A stretch of DNA of 64,000 nt from a bacterium. GTDB lineage: Bacteria; Bacillota_I; Bacilli_A; RFN20; CAG-288. This document shows positions 12,264 through 21,836 of this stretch, in pieces. Position 1 is the first letter of the stretch; every line of letters begins with the position of its first letter. The translations under genes and the position numbers were made by a program. The notes beneath the pieces are model-generated. The model was not told the origin of the DNA. It saw only the letters and a program-made list of their open reading frames with translations, and made no database searches. The DNA lies in contig CAVDUB010000005.1 in assembly GCA_963612025.1 (NCBI GenBank), forward strand, positions 8,943-72,942. Reading direction: 5' to 3'.

Positions 12264-13484
12264 TTATTTCTTGGTTTTCTCCTTTTTCTGAAAGAGATGG
12301 TGAAAGAATCCTTTCTTCTTTTCATCTTCCAGTTGGAGAGGCTTCTCATCTTCGATCTGTGCTTTCTCAGCGGAGAGTCGAGCCATCTCCTCATCGATTT
12401 CCTGATTGATTTCTTCGATGGTTGCCTTATTGAGGTCCAGTTCATATTCTTCAATGGCCTTTGTTCGTAATATATCCTGTAGATGGTACTGCTTAAGAAG
12501 AACCTTGATGGTATATCGCCCGATCAGGTAGGTCATCGTTCCATTTCCGAGAAACTGAGCCCCCATATCGAGGACCTGACCAAACAGCTGAATCAGAAAA
12601 TTATTTGAATCCTTATTGAAGACCTTGGAAAGAAGGTTGGCATTCTTCGGCATAGTGTTCAGACCGATGGAAATACAGACATTCTTCAATACCTTCAGAA
12701 TTATCCTATTCATCTCATAGTTAGAAGGACGGAAGCCATAAAGCCAGATGATATCCTTAATGAGCTGCATGTCCTTGACCGCCACAATCGACATATCCAT
12801 GACAGCATTCTGGCTTAAGGCGGTCAGACATCCAGTGGCAAGAGCTCTCTTCATGATGATGGCCTTAGCCTTCTTGTAGATGACACCTTCCTTGCCCATG
12901 GCAACTTTTAAAGCCTCTGACAATTCCTTTGCATCATCGCTATGATAGGATGGCGTACTCTTCGGATACTCATTGGCAAGATGAATGATTTTCAAAAAAG
13001 AATCGATTTTTTCATTCTCTTCCTTGGATCGATAGGTCTTATTCGACTCTTTCTCTAGATAATCCAGGACAGTCGACTGATCCTTGATGCTTCTTGCCAT
13101 CTCGAAACGGACCATATTGTTTCTTCTTTCAGAGAATTTATGATTCTTGCCATTCTTCTGTTCGATATCGAATGAATGCTTCGAAAAAATCTGACAGAGA
13201 ATGACAATATAGCAGATGGTATAACTGACAAGAAGCACAAGACCGACGACGATGCCGACAATCTCGTTGATTTTATATAATGTATCCACGATGGTTGCAA
13301 AAAGACCCAAACCAAGAAGATAGACCGCTGTCGAAAGAGCAATCAAAAGAAGACGATTCCTCTTGGCCTCCTTGGAATGATTGACCATCTCCTGATATTC
13401 GATGAAAGCCAGTTCCTCATCATCTTCGATGGTATTGGCGGATGCATTCTTCTGAATTTTATCCGGCAGTTTATCTTTACCCAT
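12264..13484 (-). CDS. YcjF-family (DUF697/UPF0283) membrane protein
   Basis: Two N-terminal TM helices followed by RALATGCLTALSQNAVMDMSIVAVKDMQLIKDIIWLYGFRPSNYEMNRIILKVLKNVCISIG. As I recall it, this aligns with the E. coli YcjF core (...AVSP.ALVDM..I.WRN.RLI..IA.LYG.E.GY.SR.RL...VL.N.A..G). The C-terminus is acidic and coiled-coil-like. Confidence 0.6.
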   Translation of the reverse strand: MGKDKLPDKIQKNASANTIEDDEELAFIEYQEMVNHSKEAKRNRLLLIALSTAVYLLGLGLFATIVDTLYKINEIVGIVVGLVLLVSYTICYIVILCQIFSKHSFDIEQKNGKNHKFSERRNNMVRFEMARSIKDQSTVLDYLEKESNKTYRSKEENEKIDSFLKIIHLANEYPKSTPSYHSDDAKELSEALKVAMGKEGVIYKKAKAIIMKRALATGCLTALSQNAVMDMSIVAVKDMQLIKDIIWLYGFRPSNYEMNRIILKVLKNVCISIGLNTMPKNANLLSKVFNKDSNNFLIQLFGQVLDMGAQFLGNGTMTYLIGRYTIKVLLKQYHLQDILRTKAIEEYELDLNKATIEEINQEIDEEMARLSAEKAQIEDEKPLQLEDEKKKGFFHHLFQKKEKTKK

Positions 13485-13543
13485 ACGGATAGTTTATCTT
13501 TTTCCTTTAAAAAAAGAAAGAAAGAACTCTAGGAGGAAAATAC

Positions 13544-16087
13544 ATGAAACAGAAAAAAATTTCCCTTTGTATGCTTGCCGTTCTTCTCAGTCTAGTCTCC
13601 TGCAGCGGAAATAATTCCTCTCTTCTTTCCTCTTCTTCCAGTTCCGAAATGATTTCCACAGCAAAAGAAGAAACAAAAGTCAAAGTGATGCTGAATGGAA
13701 ATGGCGGATATTTAGAGGAAAATGAAATTGTTCTCATTTATCAAAAAGAGTATGCTCTCCCTGTTCCCGAAACCACAGCTGATATGGGAAATGTCGTCTT
13801 CCAAGGCTGGTATTACCAAAACCGAAAAATCGAAACTGTGGGAGATCGTTTCCCTCTAAAAGAGGATTGCACGCTCATCGCAAGATACCAAAGCCTCGAT
13901 TTCGAATTCACCAGCAACGGAAATTCGTATACATTATCCAAAAACCTATCCAAAGAGAATGAGATTGTCATTCCAAGCTATTACAATGGACTTCCAGTAA
14001 CAAAGATTGCAAAGAATGTCTTTGCCTATAATCGAAGAATCACTTCTCTCATCCTACCATCCACATTGGAAGAAATCGGAAGCCAGTGTTTCTATCACAT
14101 GGACAACCTCAAGAATGTCGAGTTCTCCAAAGGAATCAAGAAGATTTCCTATTCTGCTTTTGAGGAATGCCCGAAACTCAAAGCCGTCTACTTCAATGGC
14201 ACTGTGGAAGACTATCTATCGATCCAATTCGAAGAAATGGGAAACCCATGCTGCAACAAGGCAAGCCTCTATTTCCAGAATCAGCTTCTTGTCACAATCA
14301 CCATACCGGATACTTTCACTTCCATCAACAACTACGCCTTTAATGGCGTCACCTCCATTAAGAAAGTGACCCTGCCAGAAACCATCACATCGATTGGAGA
14401 AAAAGCATTCGAGGGAAATTCCTCTTTGAGTGAAATCAATTTCCCATCCTCGTTGACGCAAATCGGAGATTTTGCATTCAAGGGATGTACAAGCCTTGTC
14501 TCCGTCGACATCAAGGGGAGCCTCTATTCGATTCCAGTATCCTGTTTCGAAAACTGCTACCTTCTCGAAAGCGTTCTTCTTCCAACGGATATAAAGGAAA
14601 TCGAAAGCAATGCCTTCAAATCCTGTTATAAATTATCCTCCATTTCTCTTCCTGAACATCTTACGACAATTGGATCCTCAGCGTTCGAACGCTGCACATC
14701 CCTTCCGGATATCCCCTTTCCAGAAAGCCTCGTCACCATATCGTCCTCAGCCTTTTCTTATTGTTCCAAGCTTTCAAACCTATCCTTCAAGAAAAATCTC
14801 ACCTCAATTCAAGATGGCGCCTTTAGCGGATGTTCAAATGTCCAATCCATCACCATGGAAAATGAAAACACCATCTATGAAGCAAAAAACAACACACTCG
14901 TCGAAAAGAACACCAAAAGAGTCGTTTTGGGATGTCAAAATTCCATTCTTGAAGAAGGCATTGTCGCTATCGGAAGCCAAGCCTTCTTTTCTTGCTTCAG
15001 CCTAAAAGAAATCGAATTCCCTGATAGTCTTGTCACCATCGAGAATTATGCATTTTCCAATTGCACAGGACTTAAAAAGATTTCTTTTGGAAAGAATCTT
15101 CTTTCCATCGGAAGGAATTCCTTCACGGGCGCAAGCGGAATCGAAGAGATTCTTGTCGATGAGCAAAACAGTGTCTACTCCGCAAATGGCAACTGTCTCT
15201 TAAGCAAAGATGGGCAAAGCCTATTCTATGGATGCAAAAAGAGTGTCATCCCCTCGTCTGTCAAAACCATTGAAGAAGAGGCGTTCTATTTTTGCAGCAA
15301 TTTGAAATCGATTGACATTCCAGGAAATGTAACGAGCATAAAAGAAAGAGCCTTTGGCAACTGCTACGACCTTGAGTCCGTCACACTCAGCGAGGGATTG
15401 AACAGTCTTGGCGAATACGTTTTCTATTCCTGTTCTGATTTAAAATCGATCTCACTTCCGGATACTTTGAGAGAGATTCCATCCCATTGCTTTGAGCGAT
15501 GCTATTTTTTGGAGAGGGTGACATTGCCAAATCATCTTGAATCCATTTTGGATTCGGCCTTCAGCATGAATACATCCCTTCTTTCCCTTTCCCTTCCAAA
15601 GACGCTCCATTCAATGGGCGAGGCCTGTTTCTTTCTGTGTGAAAGTCTGAACGCCTTATCTGTCGATGAAGAAAATGAGTCTTTCTCTGTTTCTGATAAC
15701 TGCCTGATGGACAAAAAAGGAGAAAAGCTTTATTTTGGATACGGCGATTTCACAATCCCGAGCTCCACAAAAGAGATTTCCTCCTATGCTTTCTTTCATA
15801 ACCAGATCAAAAGTGATATCACATTCCCAGAAAATGTCATCGTCATCGGAGAATATGCCTGCGCGGAAATGACAAGACTCAGAAGCATCACGCTTCCTTC
15901 CTCTATCGATGAAATCAAGGATGGGGCATTTTCCGCATGCGAAGACCTTTCCATCATCAACTACGAGGGAACAAAATCCGCATTCGAAAAAATCATCCTC
16001 GGCTATGAAGTCTTCTTCGATACGGCAGCCTATGAAATCTGTGCAAAAGATGGTGATATCGAACTCTCCGAAAAATATGTTGCTTAG
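13544..16087 (+). CDS. BspA-like leucine-rich-repeat surface lipoprotein with N-terminal InlB-B/Flg_new-type repeat
   Basis: Lipobox LLSLVS|C. The segment VFQGWYYQNRKIETVGDRFPLKEDCTLIARY resembles the Listeria-Bacteroides repeat. It is followed by about 25 units of the LRR_5 pattern (I.IP.S(L/V).(S/T)I...AF..C..L..(I/V)). Confidence 0.85.
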   Translation: MKQKKISLCMLAVLLSLVSCSGNNSSLLSSSSSSEMISTAKEETKVKVMLNGNGGYLEENEIVLIYQKEYALPVPETTADMGNVVFQGWYYQNRKIETVGDRFPLKEDCTLIARYQSLDFEFTSNGNSYTLSKNLSKENEIVIPSYYNGLPVTKIAKNVFAYNRRITSLILPSTLEEIGSQCFYHMDNLKNVEFSKGIKKISYSAFEECPKLKAVYFNGTVEDYLSIQFEEMGNPCCNKASLYFQNQLLVTITIPDTFTSINNYAFNGVTSIKKVTLPETITSIGEKAFEGNSSLSEINFPSSLTQIGDFAFKGCTSLVSVDIKGSLYSIPVSCFENCYLLESVLLPTDIKEIESNAFKSCYKLSSISLPEHLTTIGSSAFERCTSLPDIPFPESLVTISSSAFSYCSKLSNLSFKKNLTSIQDGAFSGCSNVQSITMENENTIYEAKNNTLVEKNTKRVVLGCQNSILEEGIVAIGSQAFFSCFSLKEIEFPDSLVTIENYAFSNCTGLKKISFGKNLLSIGRNSFTGASGIEEILVDEQNSVYSANGNCLLSKDGQSLFYGCKKSVIPSSVKTIEEEAFYFCSNLKSIDIPGNVTSIKERAFGNCYDLESVTLSEGLNSLGEYVFYSCSDLKSISLPDTLREIPSHCFERCYFLERVTLPNHLESILDSAFSMNTSLLSLSLPKTLHSMGEACFFLCESLNALSVDEENESFSVSDNCLMDKKGEKLYFGYGDFTIPSSTKEISSYAFFHNQIKSDITFPENVIVIGEYACAEMTRLRSITLPSSIDEIKDGAFSACEDLSIINYEGTKSAFEKIILGYEVFFDTAAYEICAKDGDIELSEKYVA
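13960..15975 (+). repeat. Array of ~23-25-aa BspA-type LRR units (protein-level repeats)
   Basis: Recurring ...LPS(T/S)L..IG..AF..C.SL..I.F... units run through the ORF. Boundaries are approximate. Confidence 0.75.
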
Positions 16088-17025
16088 ACGTTTTTGTTTA
16101 TCGTTGCCTTCTCAAAGGAAAAAGAGATTTCGCTTAAAGTCCTGTCTGAATGCCTTTCAAGAAGGAGAGAAATGACTTTCTGATTCTCCACAATGGAAAG
16201 TTCTTTTTCCTTGACAAGGAAATAGTCTGGATAATTTCTTTGCCTCACAAAAGAAGAGACAAGAGAAACATCTTCATCCTTATCTCTGATCATGTAATTG
16301 GAAAAGACATACGAGGAATAGCCTGTGGAAGAAGGGCTTCTCAGACCTTCAAAATGGAAAAGAAGTGTCAGTTCATCTTCACGAGAAATCAAACCGATGA
16401 GCGGTGTGAAGTTCTTTTTCATCAAATCAAGTTCCTCGAAGGAGAATTTATCTTTGATATTGTCATAATCCTTCTCATATTCACTATTCGTTTTCTGGAT
16501 AAATTCTTCACATTCCTTCAGATATTCCTTCATTTCATCATAGACTGACTTGGGAATCAAATAGAGCGCAAGAAGAGAGGGATTCACCTTCTTTCGATAT
16601 TGATAAGGAAGAGAGAAGAGGTTTTCCCTCTTTCTTTCTTCGTATTGTTCCAAGAAAATCTTTTCAATCTTCTTTGAGTCGAACTCGCCACGCGAAGCAA
16701 AAAGAAGTTCCTGCTTCTGCTTTTGGTAATCATAAGCTTTCAAGACTTCTTCCAATGTCTGATAGCCGACCGCTCTTTTCGAAGCAAGATCATATTTTGG
16801 ATAATCCTTTTCGTTGTAGGTCTTGATGACTTCCTCTCTTGTCTTCATCATCTGTATGGGCGTATTGAAATCCTTTTTTGCCTTTTCGATTCTTTCTTGG
16901 AGTTTTTCCTGATAAAGATTCTGAATCATCTCTTCATCATAGTCTTTGTCCTCAATAGGTGTATAGTCTTCAAGACATCCAAGATATTTCTTTTTGTTTT
17001 CGTATTCTTTGGTAAAATAATACAT
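16084..17025 (-). CDS. Hypothetical K/E/Y-rich cytoplasmic protein (possibly DUF4085-like)
   Basis: 313-aa ORF with normal codon usage. The N-terminus MYYFTKEYENKK is reminiscent of the MKYFTKEWY... starts I associate with DUF4085, but this is only a recollection. Confidence 0.6.
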   Translation of the reverse strand: MYYFTKEYENKKKYLGCLEDYTPIEDKDYDEEMIQNLYQEKLQERIEKAKKDFNTPIQMMKTREEVIKTYNEKDYPKYDLASKRAVGYQTLEEVLKAYDYQKQKQELLFASRGEFDSKKIEKIFLEQYEERKRENLFSLPYQYRKKVNPSLLALYLIPKSVYDEMKEYLKECEEFIQKTNSEYEKDYDNIKDKFSFEELDLMKKNFTPLIGLISREDELTLLFHFEGLRSPSSTGYSSYVFSNYMIRDKDEDVSLVSSFVRQRNYPDYFLVKEKELSIVENQKVISLLLERHSDRTLSEISFSFEKATINKNV

Positions 17026-17083
17026 ATGAAAGTGTCCTCTTGGAAATGATTATACCAACGAGGTCCGTCAAAGGAAAAAGAAA

Positions 17084-17911
17084 ATGGAAAACTATCTTTT
17101 GAACAACAATGTCGAGATCCCCAAAATCGGTTTCGGCACCTGGCAAATCAAGGGCGAAGACTGCTACAAGGCCACTTTATGTGCCTTGAAATGCGGTTAT
17201 CGACATATCGATACCGCATATGCTTATGAGAACGAAAAAGAAATCGCAAGAGCCATCAAAGACTCGAACATCGATCGAAAAGATCTTTTTCTCACCAGCA
17301 AGCTTCCGGCACAGATCAAGACCTATGAAGAGACCAAAAAATATTTCTTCGAAAGCCTGAAGAACCTCAGCATGGATTATCTCGACCTCTATCTCATCCA
17401 TGCACCATGGCCATGGAGCGAGATGGGAAAGGACTGCATGGAAGGAAATGTCCTTGCCTACAAAGCGATGATCGACCTTCACAAGGAAGGATATATCCGC
17501 AGTATCGGTATCTCAAATTTCCATCCAAGAGAAATCGCCTACCTCATCGAAAAGACGTCCTTCATCCCACAGGTCAACCAGATTCGCTATTATGTTTCGA
17601 ATATCCAAAAGGAGACAAGCGAGTACTGCAAAAGGAACAAGATTCTTGTCGAAGCCTATTCTCCCTTATCAACAGGAAAATTGCTTGAAAAGAGGGAAAT
17701 CCTCTCTCTTGCCGAAAAATATCACATCACTCCCGCCAAACTCTGCCTAAGCTATTGCCTAGAAAAAGGAGTCCTCCCCCTGGTGAAATCCAAGACTGAG
17801 GAAAGAATCAAAGAGAACCAGGATATTTTTGATGTCCAAATCAAAAAAGATGACATCGACTTCCTCGATGGATTAGAATATATGGACCTACGAAAAGATT
17901 GCCGTTACTAA
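17084..17911 (+). CDS. Aldo/keto reductase (2,5-diketo-D-gluconate reductase/YvgN-like)
   Basis: GFGTWQI, GYRHIDTAYAYENE, LDYLDLYLIHAPW and SIGISNF are AKR signature blocks. Confidence 0.9.
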   Translation: MENYLLNNNVEIPKIGFGTWQIKGEDCYKATLCALKCGYRHIDTAYAYENEKEIARAIKDSNIDRKDLFLTSKLPAQIKTYEETKKYFFESLKNLSMDYLDLYLIHAPWPWSEMGKDCMEGNVLAYKAMIDLHKEGYIRSIGISNFHPREIAYLIEKTSFIPQVNQIRYYVSNIQKETSEYCKRNKILVEAYSPLSTGKLLEKREILSLAEKYHITPAKLCLSYCLEKGVLPLVKSKTEERIKENQDIFDVQIKKDDIDFLDGLEYMDLRKDCRY

Positions 17912-17924
17912 GGAGGAAATGAAT

Positions 17925-18437
17925 ATGGAAACCATTTTCGAAAAAAGACATTCGACAAAATCCTTTTCCGATCAGAAAGTCAAAGACGAAGATGTCGAAA
18001 AAATCATCAAGGCCGGATTATCTGCTCCGAGCGGAATGAATCGCCAGGGTGGTGTCATCATCGATATCTCCAATGAGGAAACCATTGAGAAACTTAAAAA
18101 TCTCAACTCGGAAATCGGGCAATTTCCGGCTCAGGTCGACCCTTTCCACAATGCCAAGAGAATTCTTCTTGTTATCGTCAAGAAATCATCCACATCCGTC
18201 TATGATGGTTCCTGCATGATGGAAAATATGCTTTTGGAAGCAAGTGAATTGAATATCGGCGCCTGCTGGATTCACCGTGCCAAAGAAGAAATCGAATCTG
18301 AAAAAGGAAAAGAGATTCTTTCTTCCCTTCCATTGAATCTCGATGACTACATCGGTGTCGGGCATGTCGCCTTAGGCTATCCTAAGACCGAAAGCGTCAG
18401 GCATGAAGTCAACGCCGGAAGAGTCTATCATCTTTAG
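17925..18437 (+). CDS. Nitroreductase-family oxidoreductase
   Basis: RHSTKSF...IIKAGLSAPSGMNRQ is the nitroreductase N-terminal signature. I preferred the ATG at 17925 (GGAGG 8 nt upstream) over the ATG at 17919. Confidence 0.85.
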   Translation: METIFEKRHSTKSFSDQKVKDEDVEKIIKAGLSAPSGMNRQGGVIIDISNEETIEKLKNLNSEIGQFPAQVDPFHNAKRILLVIVKKSSTSVYDGSCMMENMLLEASELNIGACWIHRAKEEIESEKGKEILSSLPLNLDDYIGVGHVALGYPKTESVRHEVNAGRVYHL

Positions 18438-18444
18438 AAGAACG

Positions 18445-18473
18445 GATCAGGAGAGAAATCTCCTGATTTTTTA
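18445..18473 (+). terminator. Intrinsic terminator after the AKR-nitroreductase pair
   Basis: gatcaggaga-gaaa-tctcctgat hairpin followed by ttttttatt. Confidence 0.75.
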
Positions 18474-18543
18474 TTCCAGAAACAAAGAAAGCCCTTTACT
18501 GAAAAGAAAAAGAAAAGGGAAAGTCAACGAAAAGAAAATTTCC

Positions 18544-18571
18544 TTGAAAAAAAGGAAAAGAAGTGTACAAT
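18544..18571 (+). promoter_or_regulatory. Candidate pyr operon promoter
   Basis: TTGAAA-16 nt-TACAAT, about 108 nt upstream of the pyrB ATG. Confidence 0.45.
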
Positions 18572-18613
18572 TAGTTAGGTCAAGTCGCATAAAAATGATT
18601 ATTGGCCATCATA

Positions 18614-18640
18614 CCTTTTCCTAGAAAAGGGATTTTTCTT
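18614..18640 (+). terminator. Leader hairpin plus U-tract upstream of pyrB (candidate attenuator)
   Basis: ccttttc-cta-gaaaagg followed by gatttttctt. It lies between the candidate promoter and the pyrB Shine-Dalgarno sequence. Confidence 0.4.
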
Positions 18641-18678
18641 GAAGACGTCGTTCAAACGAAACAAGGAGAAATAAAAAA

Positions 18679-19551
18679 ATGACTGGTTTATTCAATCTGA
18701 AACAGTACAAGACGGAGCAGATCGAAGAGATTCTTTCGTATTCCGAAGCATTAAAAAATGGGTTGCGTGTTTCTTATCCCGATAAGAAATTTGCAACCCT
18801 TTTTTTTGAGAACTCCACCCGCACGCAGAATTCATTCGTCATGGCGATGATGAAACTTGGCATTCAGGTTGACCAGGTCAACATTGCCACAAGCAGCGTC
18901 AATAAGGGTGAGACACTCTATGATACTGTCCGCACCATCGAAGCCATCGGCTTTGATGGCGTTGTCATCCGCCACAGCGAAAATGAATATTACAAGCATC
19001 TTGAGAACATACAGATTCCTATATTCAATGCCGGCGATGGTTCAGGTTCCCATCCTACCCAGTCCTTGCTCGACTTGATGACCATCAAGGAGGAATTTCA
19101 TTCCTTCAAAGGGCTCAAATGCTGCATCATCGGAGATATTGTTCACTCCAGAGTCGCCCACACCAACGCCGAAATCATGAAGAGACTCGGCATGGAAGTC
19201 TATATTGCCGGTCCAAAGGAATTCCTCGATGACACGGCAGAGGAAATCAGCATCGACGAAGCCATCGAAAAATGTGACGTCGTCATGCTTCTCCGCGTCC
19301 AGTTCGAAAGAAATGCGACCCTGAACATGACAAAGGAAGAGTATTTCGAAAAATACGGCCTTTCGATGGAAAGAGTCAACAAAATGAAAAAGAATGCCAT
19401 CATCATGCATCCTGCCCCGGTCAATCGTGGCATAGAAATCGGTGATGATGTCGTCGAATGCGAAAAATCCCGCATCTTCCCGCAGATGACAAACGGTGTC
19501 TATGTCCGTATGGCCGTCATCTCCATGGTTCTGGACGGTAAACTAAAATGA
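18679..19551 (+). CDS. pyrB: Aspartate carbamoyltransferase catalytic subunit
   Basis: FENSTRTQNSF (STRT), HPTQSLLD and HPAPVNRG motifs. 290 aa. Confidence 0.95.
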   Translation: MTGLFNLKQYKTEQIEEILSYSEALKNGLRVSYPDKKFATLFFENSTRTQNSFVMAMMKLGIQVDQVNIATSSVNKGETLYDTVRTIEAIGFDGVVIRHSENEYYKHLENIQIPIFNAGDGSGSHPTQSLLDLMTIKEEFHSFKGLKCCIIGDIVHSRVAHTNAEIMKRLGMEVYIAGPKEFLDDTAEEISIDEAIEKCDVVMLLRVQFERNATLNMTKEEYFEKYGLSMERVNKMKKNAIIMHPAPVNRGIEIGDDVVECEKSRIFPQMTNGVYVRMAVISMVLDGKLK

Positions 19552-20750
19552 TTCTCAAGAACATCAAGATTCTTCAGGACGGCATCCTGAGGAAAGTCGA
19601 TATGGAAATTTTCGGAGAGAAGATCAAGAAAATCTCCGAAGAAATCGAGGGCAATGGCATCGATATGAATGGCTGCTATTGCATGCCCGGACTTTGTGAC
19701 ATCCATGTCCATTTCCGTTCTCCAGGCTATGAAGCGAAGGAAACAATTCAGACCGGGAGCTTATCTGCCGCAAAAGGCGGATTCACCACCGTCTTTCTCA
19801 TGCCAAACCTCAATCCGGTCCCAGATAATCTCGAACATCTCAAAGTCGAAGAAGATTTGATCAAGAAGGAAGCCATCATCGAGTGCATTCCCTATGCAAG
19901 TGTCACGATCGGAGAGAAAAGCGAAGCTGTCTCCGATATTGAACATCTTAAAGAACATACACGCTACTTTTCAGATGATGGTGTCGGATTCAGCAACCAC
20001 GAAGTCCTTCGCGCGGCTTTATTGAAAATCAAGAAAGACCATCTTTTCATCGCCAGCCATGCCGAAGACAATGTCTACAAGACAAAAAGAGAAGGAGAAT
20101 ACCTTGCCGTCGAAAAAGAAATTGCTTTAGCAAAAGAAGTCGATGTCCCCTACCATTTTTGCCATATGTCGACCAAAGAGAGTTTCGATTTCATACGCCA
20201 AGCCCAGAAGGAGGGCTACAAGATCACCTGTGAGGTCACGCCTCATCATCTCTTCTTGAACGAAGAGGATATCCAAAACAATCCAAACTTCAAGATGAAT
20301 CCTCCCTTAAGAACAAAAGAAGACCAGGAAGAAACCGTCAGGGCTCTTCTCGACCATACGGCATATGTGATTGCAACCGATCATGCACCGCATACAAAAG
20401 AAGAAAAATCCCGTCCCTATGAAAAATGCCCCAATGGCATCATCGGACTTGAGACGAGCGCTCCGCTTGTCTATACCTATCTAGTCAAAACAAAGAAAGC
20501 TACCCTCAAGGATATGGAAGACTGGATGAGCAACAATCCAAGAGCGTTGATGGGACTTAAAAAAATCACCATCCAGGAAGGAGCCGAAGCGGACCTCTGT
20601 TTCCTGGATATCGAACATGAACACACCTATGAGGCCAGCGAGATTCTTTCCAAAGGTGAAAACTCACCCTTCATTGGAAAAAGCCTCTTCGGCTTCAATG
20701 TGATGACTCTCTACAAAGGAAAAATCGTCTATCGAAAGGAGAATATCTGA
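19548..20750 (+). CDS. pyrC: Dihydroorotase
   Basis: DIHVHFRSPG metal-binding motif and ATDHAPH. ATGA overlap with pyrB. Confidence 0.95.
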   Translation: MILKNIKILQDGILRKVDMEIFGEKIKKISEEIEGNGIDMNGCYCMPGLCDIHVHFRSPGYEAKETIQTGSLSAAKGGFTTVFLMPNLNPVPDNLEHLKVEEDLIKKEAIIECIPYASVTIGEKSEAVSDIEHLKEHTRYFSDDGVGFSNHEVLRAALLKIKKDHLFIASHAEDNVYKTKREGEYLAVEKEIALAKEVDVPYHFCHMSTKESFDFIRQAQKEGYKITCEVTPHHLFLNEEDIQNNPNFKMNPPLRTKEDQEETVRALLDHTAYVIATDHAPHTKEEKSRPYEKCPNGIIGLETSAPLVYTYLVKTKKATLKDMEDWMSNNPRALMGLKKITIQEGAEADLCFLDIEHEHTYEASEILSKGENSPFIGKSLFGFNVMTLYKGKIVYRKENI

Positions 20751-21835
20751 TGAAAAGAAAACTCGTATTGGAAAACGGAATGGTCTTCCATGGCACCGGA
20801 TTTGGAAGCATGGACAAAAAGATCAGCGAAATCGTCTTCAACACGTCGATGGTCGGCTACCAGGAAATCCTTTCGGACCCTTCCTATTGCGACCAGATTG
20901 TCACGATGACCTATCCGCTGATTGGAAACTACGGCTTGGCCGATGAAGACTATGAGAGCAAATCCGTCTACATGAGCGGATTTGTCGTTCGGGAATACAA
21001 CGATATTCCGAGCAACTTCCGCTATACGTCCACCCTTTCTGAAGTCATGGAAGAACATCATGCAGCCGGTATCTATGATATCGACACAAGAAAACTCACC
21101 CGAATCATCCGTGACAACGGTTCCATGAAAGCCATGATTGCAAACGAAGAGGAAAGCGACGAGGATTGCCTAAAAGAACTTGCCGCCTATGAGTATCCCC
21201 ACGATCAGGTCAAAAAAGTATCCAGCAAGAAAATCTGGTATTCAAGAACACCCGATCCGCTTTTCACTGTTGTTGCCATCGATTGTGGCTGCAAACTCAA
21301 TATCATCCGCAAACTCAATCAGAACAAATGCAACGTTGTCGTCGTCCCCTATAATACACCCGTCGAGTCCATCCTGAAATACAAACCAGATGGTCTCTTC
21401 ATTTCAAATGGTCCTGGTGACCCAATCGACTGCAAGGAAGTCATCAAGACAATTCAGGATATGAAAGGGAAATTGCCAATTCTCGGCATCTGCTTAGGTC
21501 ACCAGATGATTGCCCTTGCCTATGGAGCAAAAACCTACAAGATGAAATTCGGACATCGCGGAGCCAATCACCCGGTCAAGGACCTTCACACAGGTAAAAT
21601 CGAAATTACATCCCAGAACCATTCCTATGCTGTCGATAAGGCCTCATTGGAAAACACCGGTCTGGAGTTGACTCACATCAACATTCTTGACAACGAAGCA
21701 GAAGGCATCATGGATAAAAAGAACAAGGTCATCGGTGTCCAATACCATCCAGAATCCGCAGCCGGTCCAGAAGACAGTGCCTATATCTTCACCCGTTTTT
21801 TGAACAATATGAAAGACTTCAAGGAGGGAAAGTAG
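20750..21835 (+). CDS. carA: Carbamoyl-phosphate synthase small (glutaminase) subunit
   Basis: LGICLGHQ catalytic Cys block and HRGANHPV. Its start shares 1 nt with the pyrC stop. Confidence 0.95.
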   Translation: MKRKLVLENGMVFHGTGFGSMDKKISEIVFNTSMVGYQEILSDPSYCDQIVTMTYPLIGNYGLADEDYESKSVYMSGFVVREYNDIPSNFRYTSTLSEVMEEHHAAGIYDIDTRKLTRIIRDNGSMKAMIANEEESDEDCLKELAAYEYPHDQVKKVSSKKIWYSRTPDPLFTVVAIDCGCKLNIIRKLNQNKCNVVVVPYNTPVESILKYKPDGLFISNGPGDPIDCKEVIKTIQDMKGKLPILGICLGHQMIALAYGAKTYKMKFGHRGANHPVKDLHTGKIEITSQNHSYAVDKASLENTGLELTHINILDNEAEGIMDKKNKVIGVQYHPESAAGPEDSAYIFTRFLNNMKDFKEGK

Positions 21836-21836
21836 A

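Noticed and set aside
18471-18480. A possible PyrR-binding box (uuccagaaac) in the pyrB upstream region.
   Set aside because: It matches only the UCCAGA core, lacks the GAGAGG continuation and an anti-terminator context, and lies upstream of the candidate promoter.
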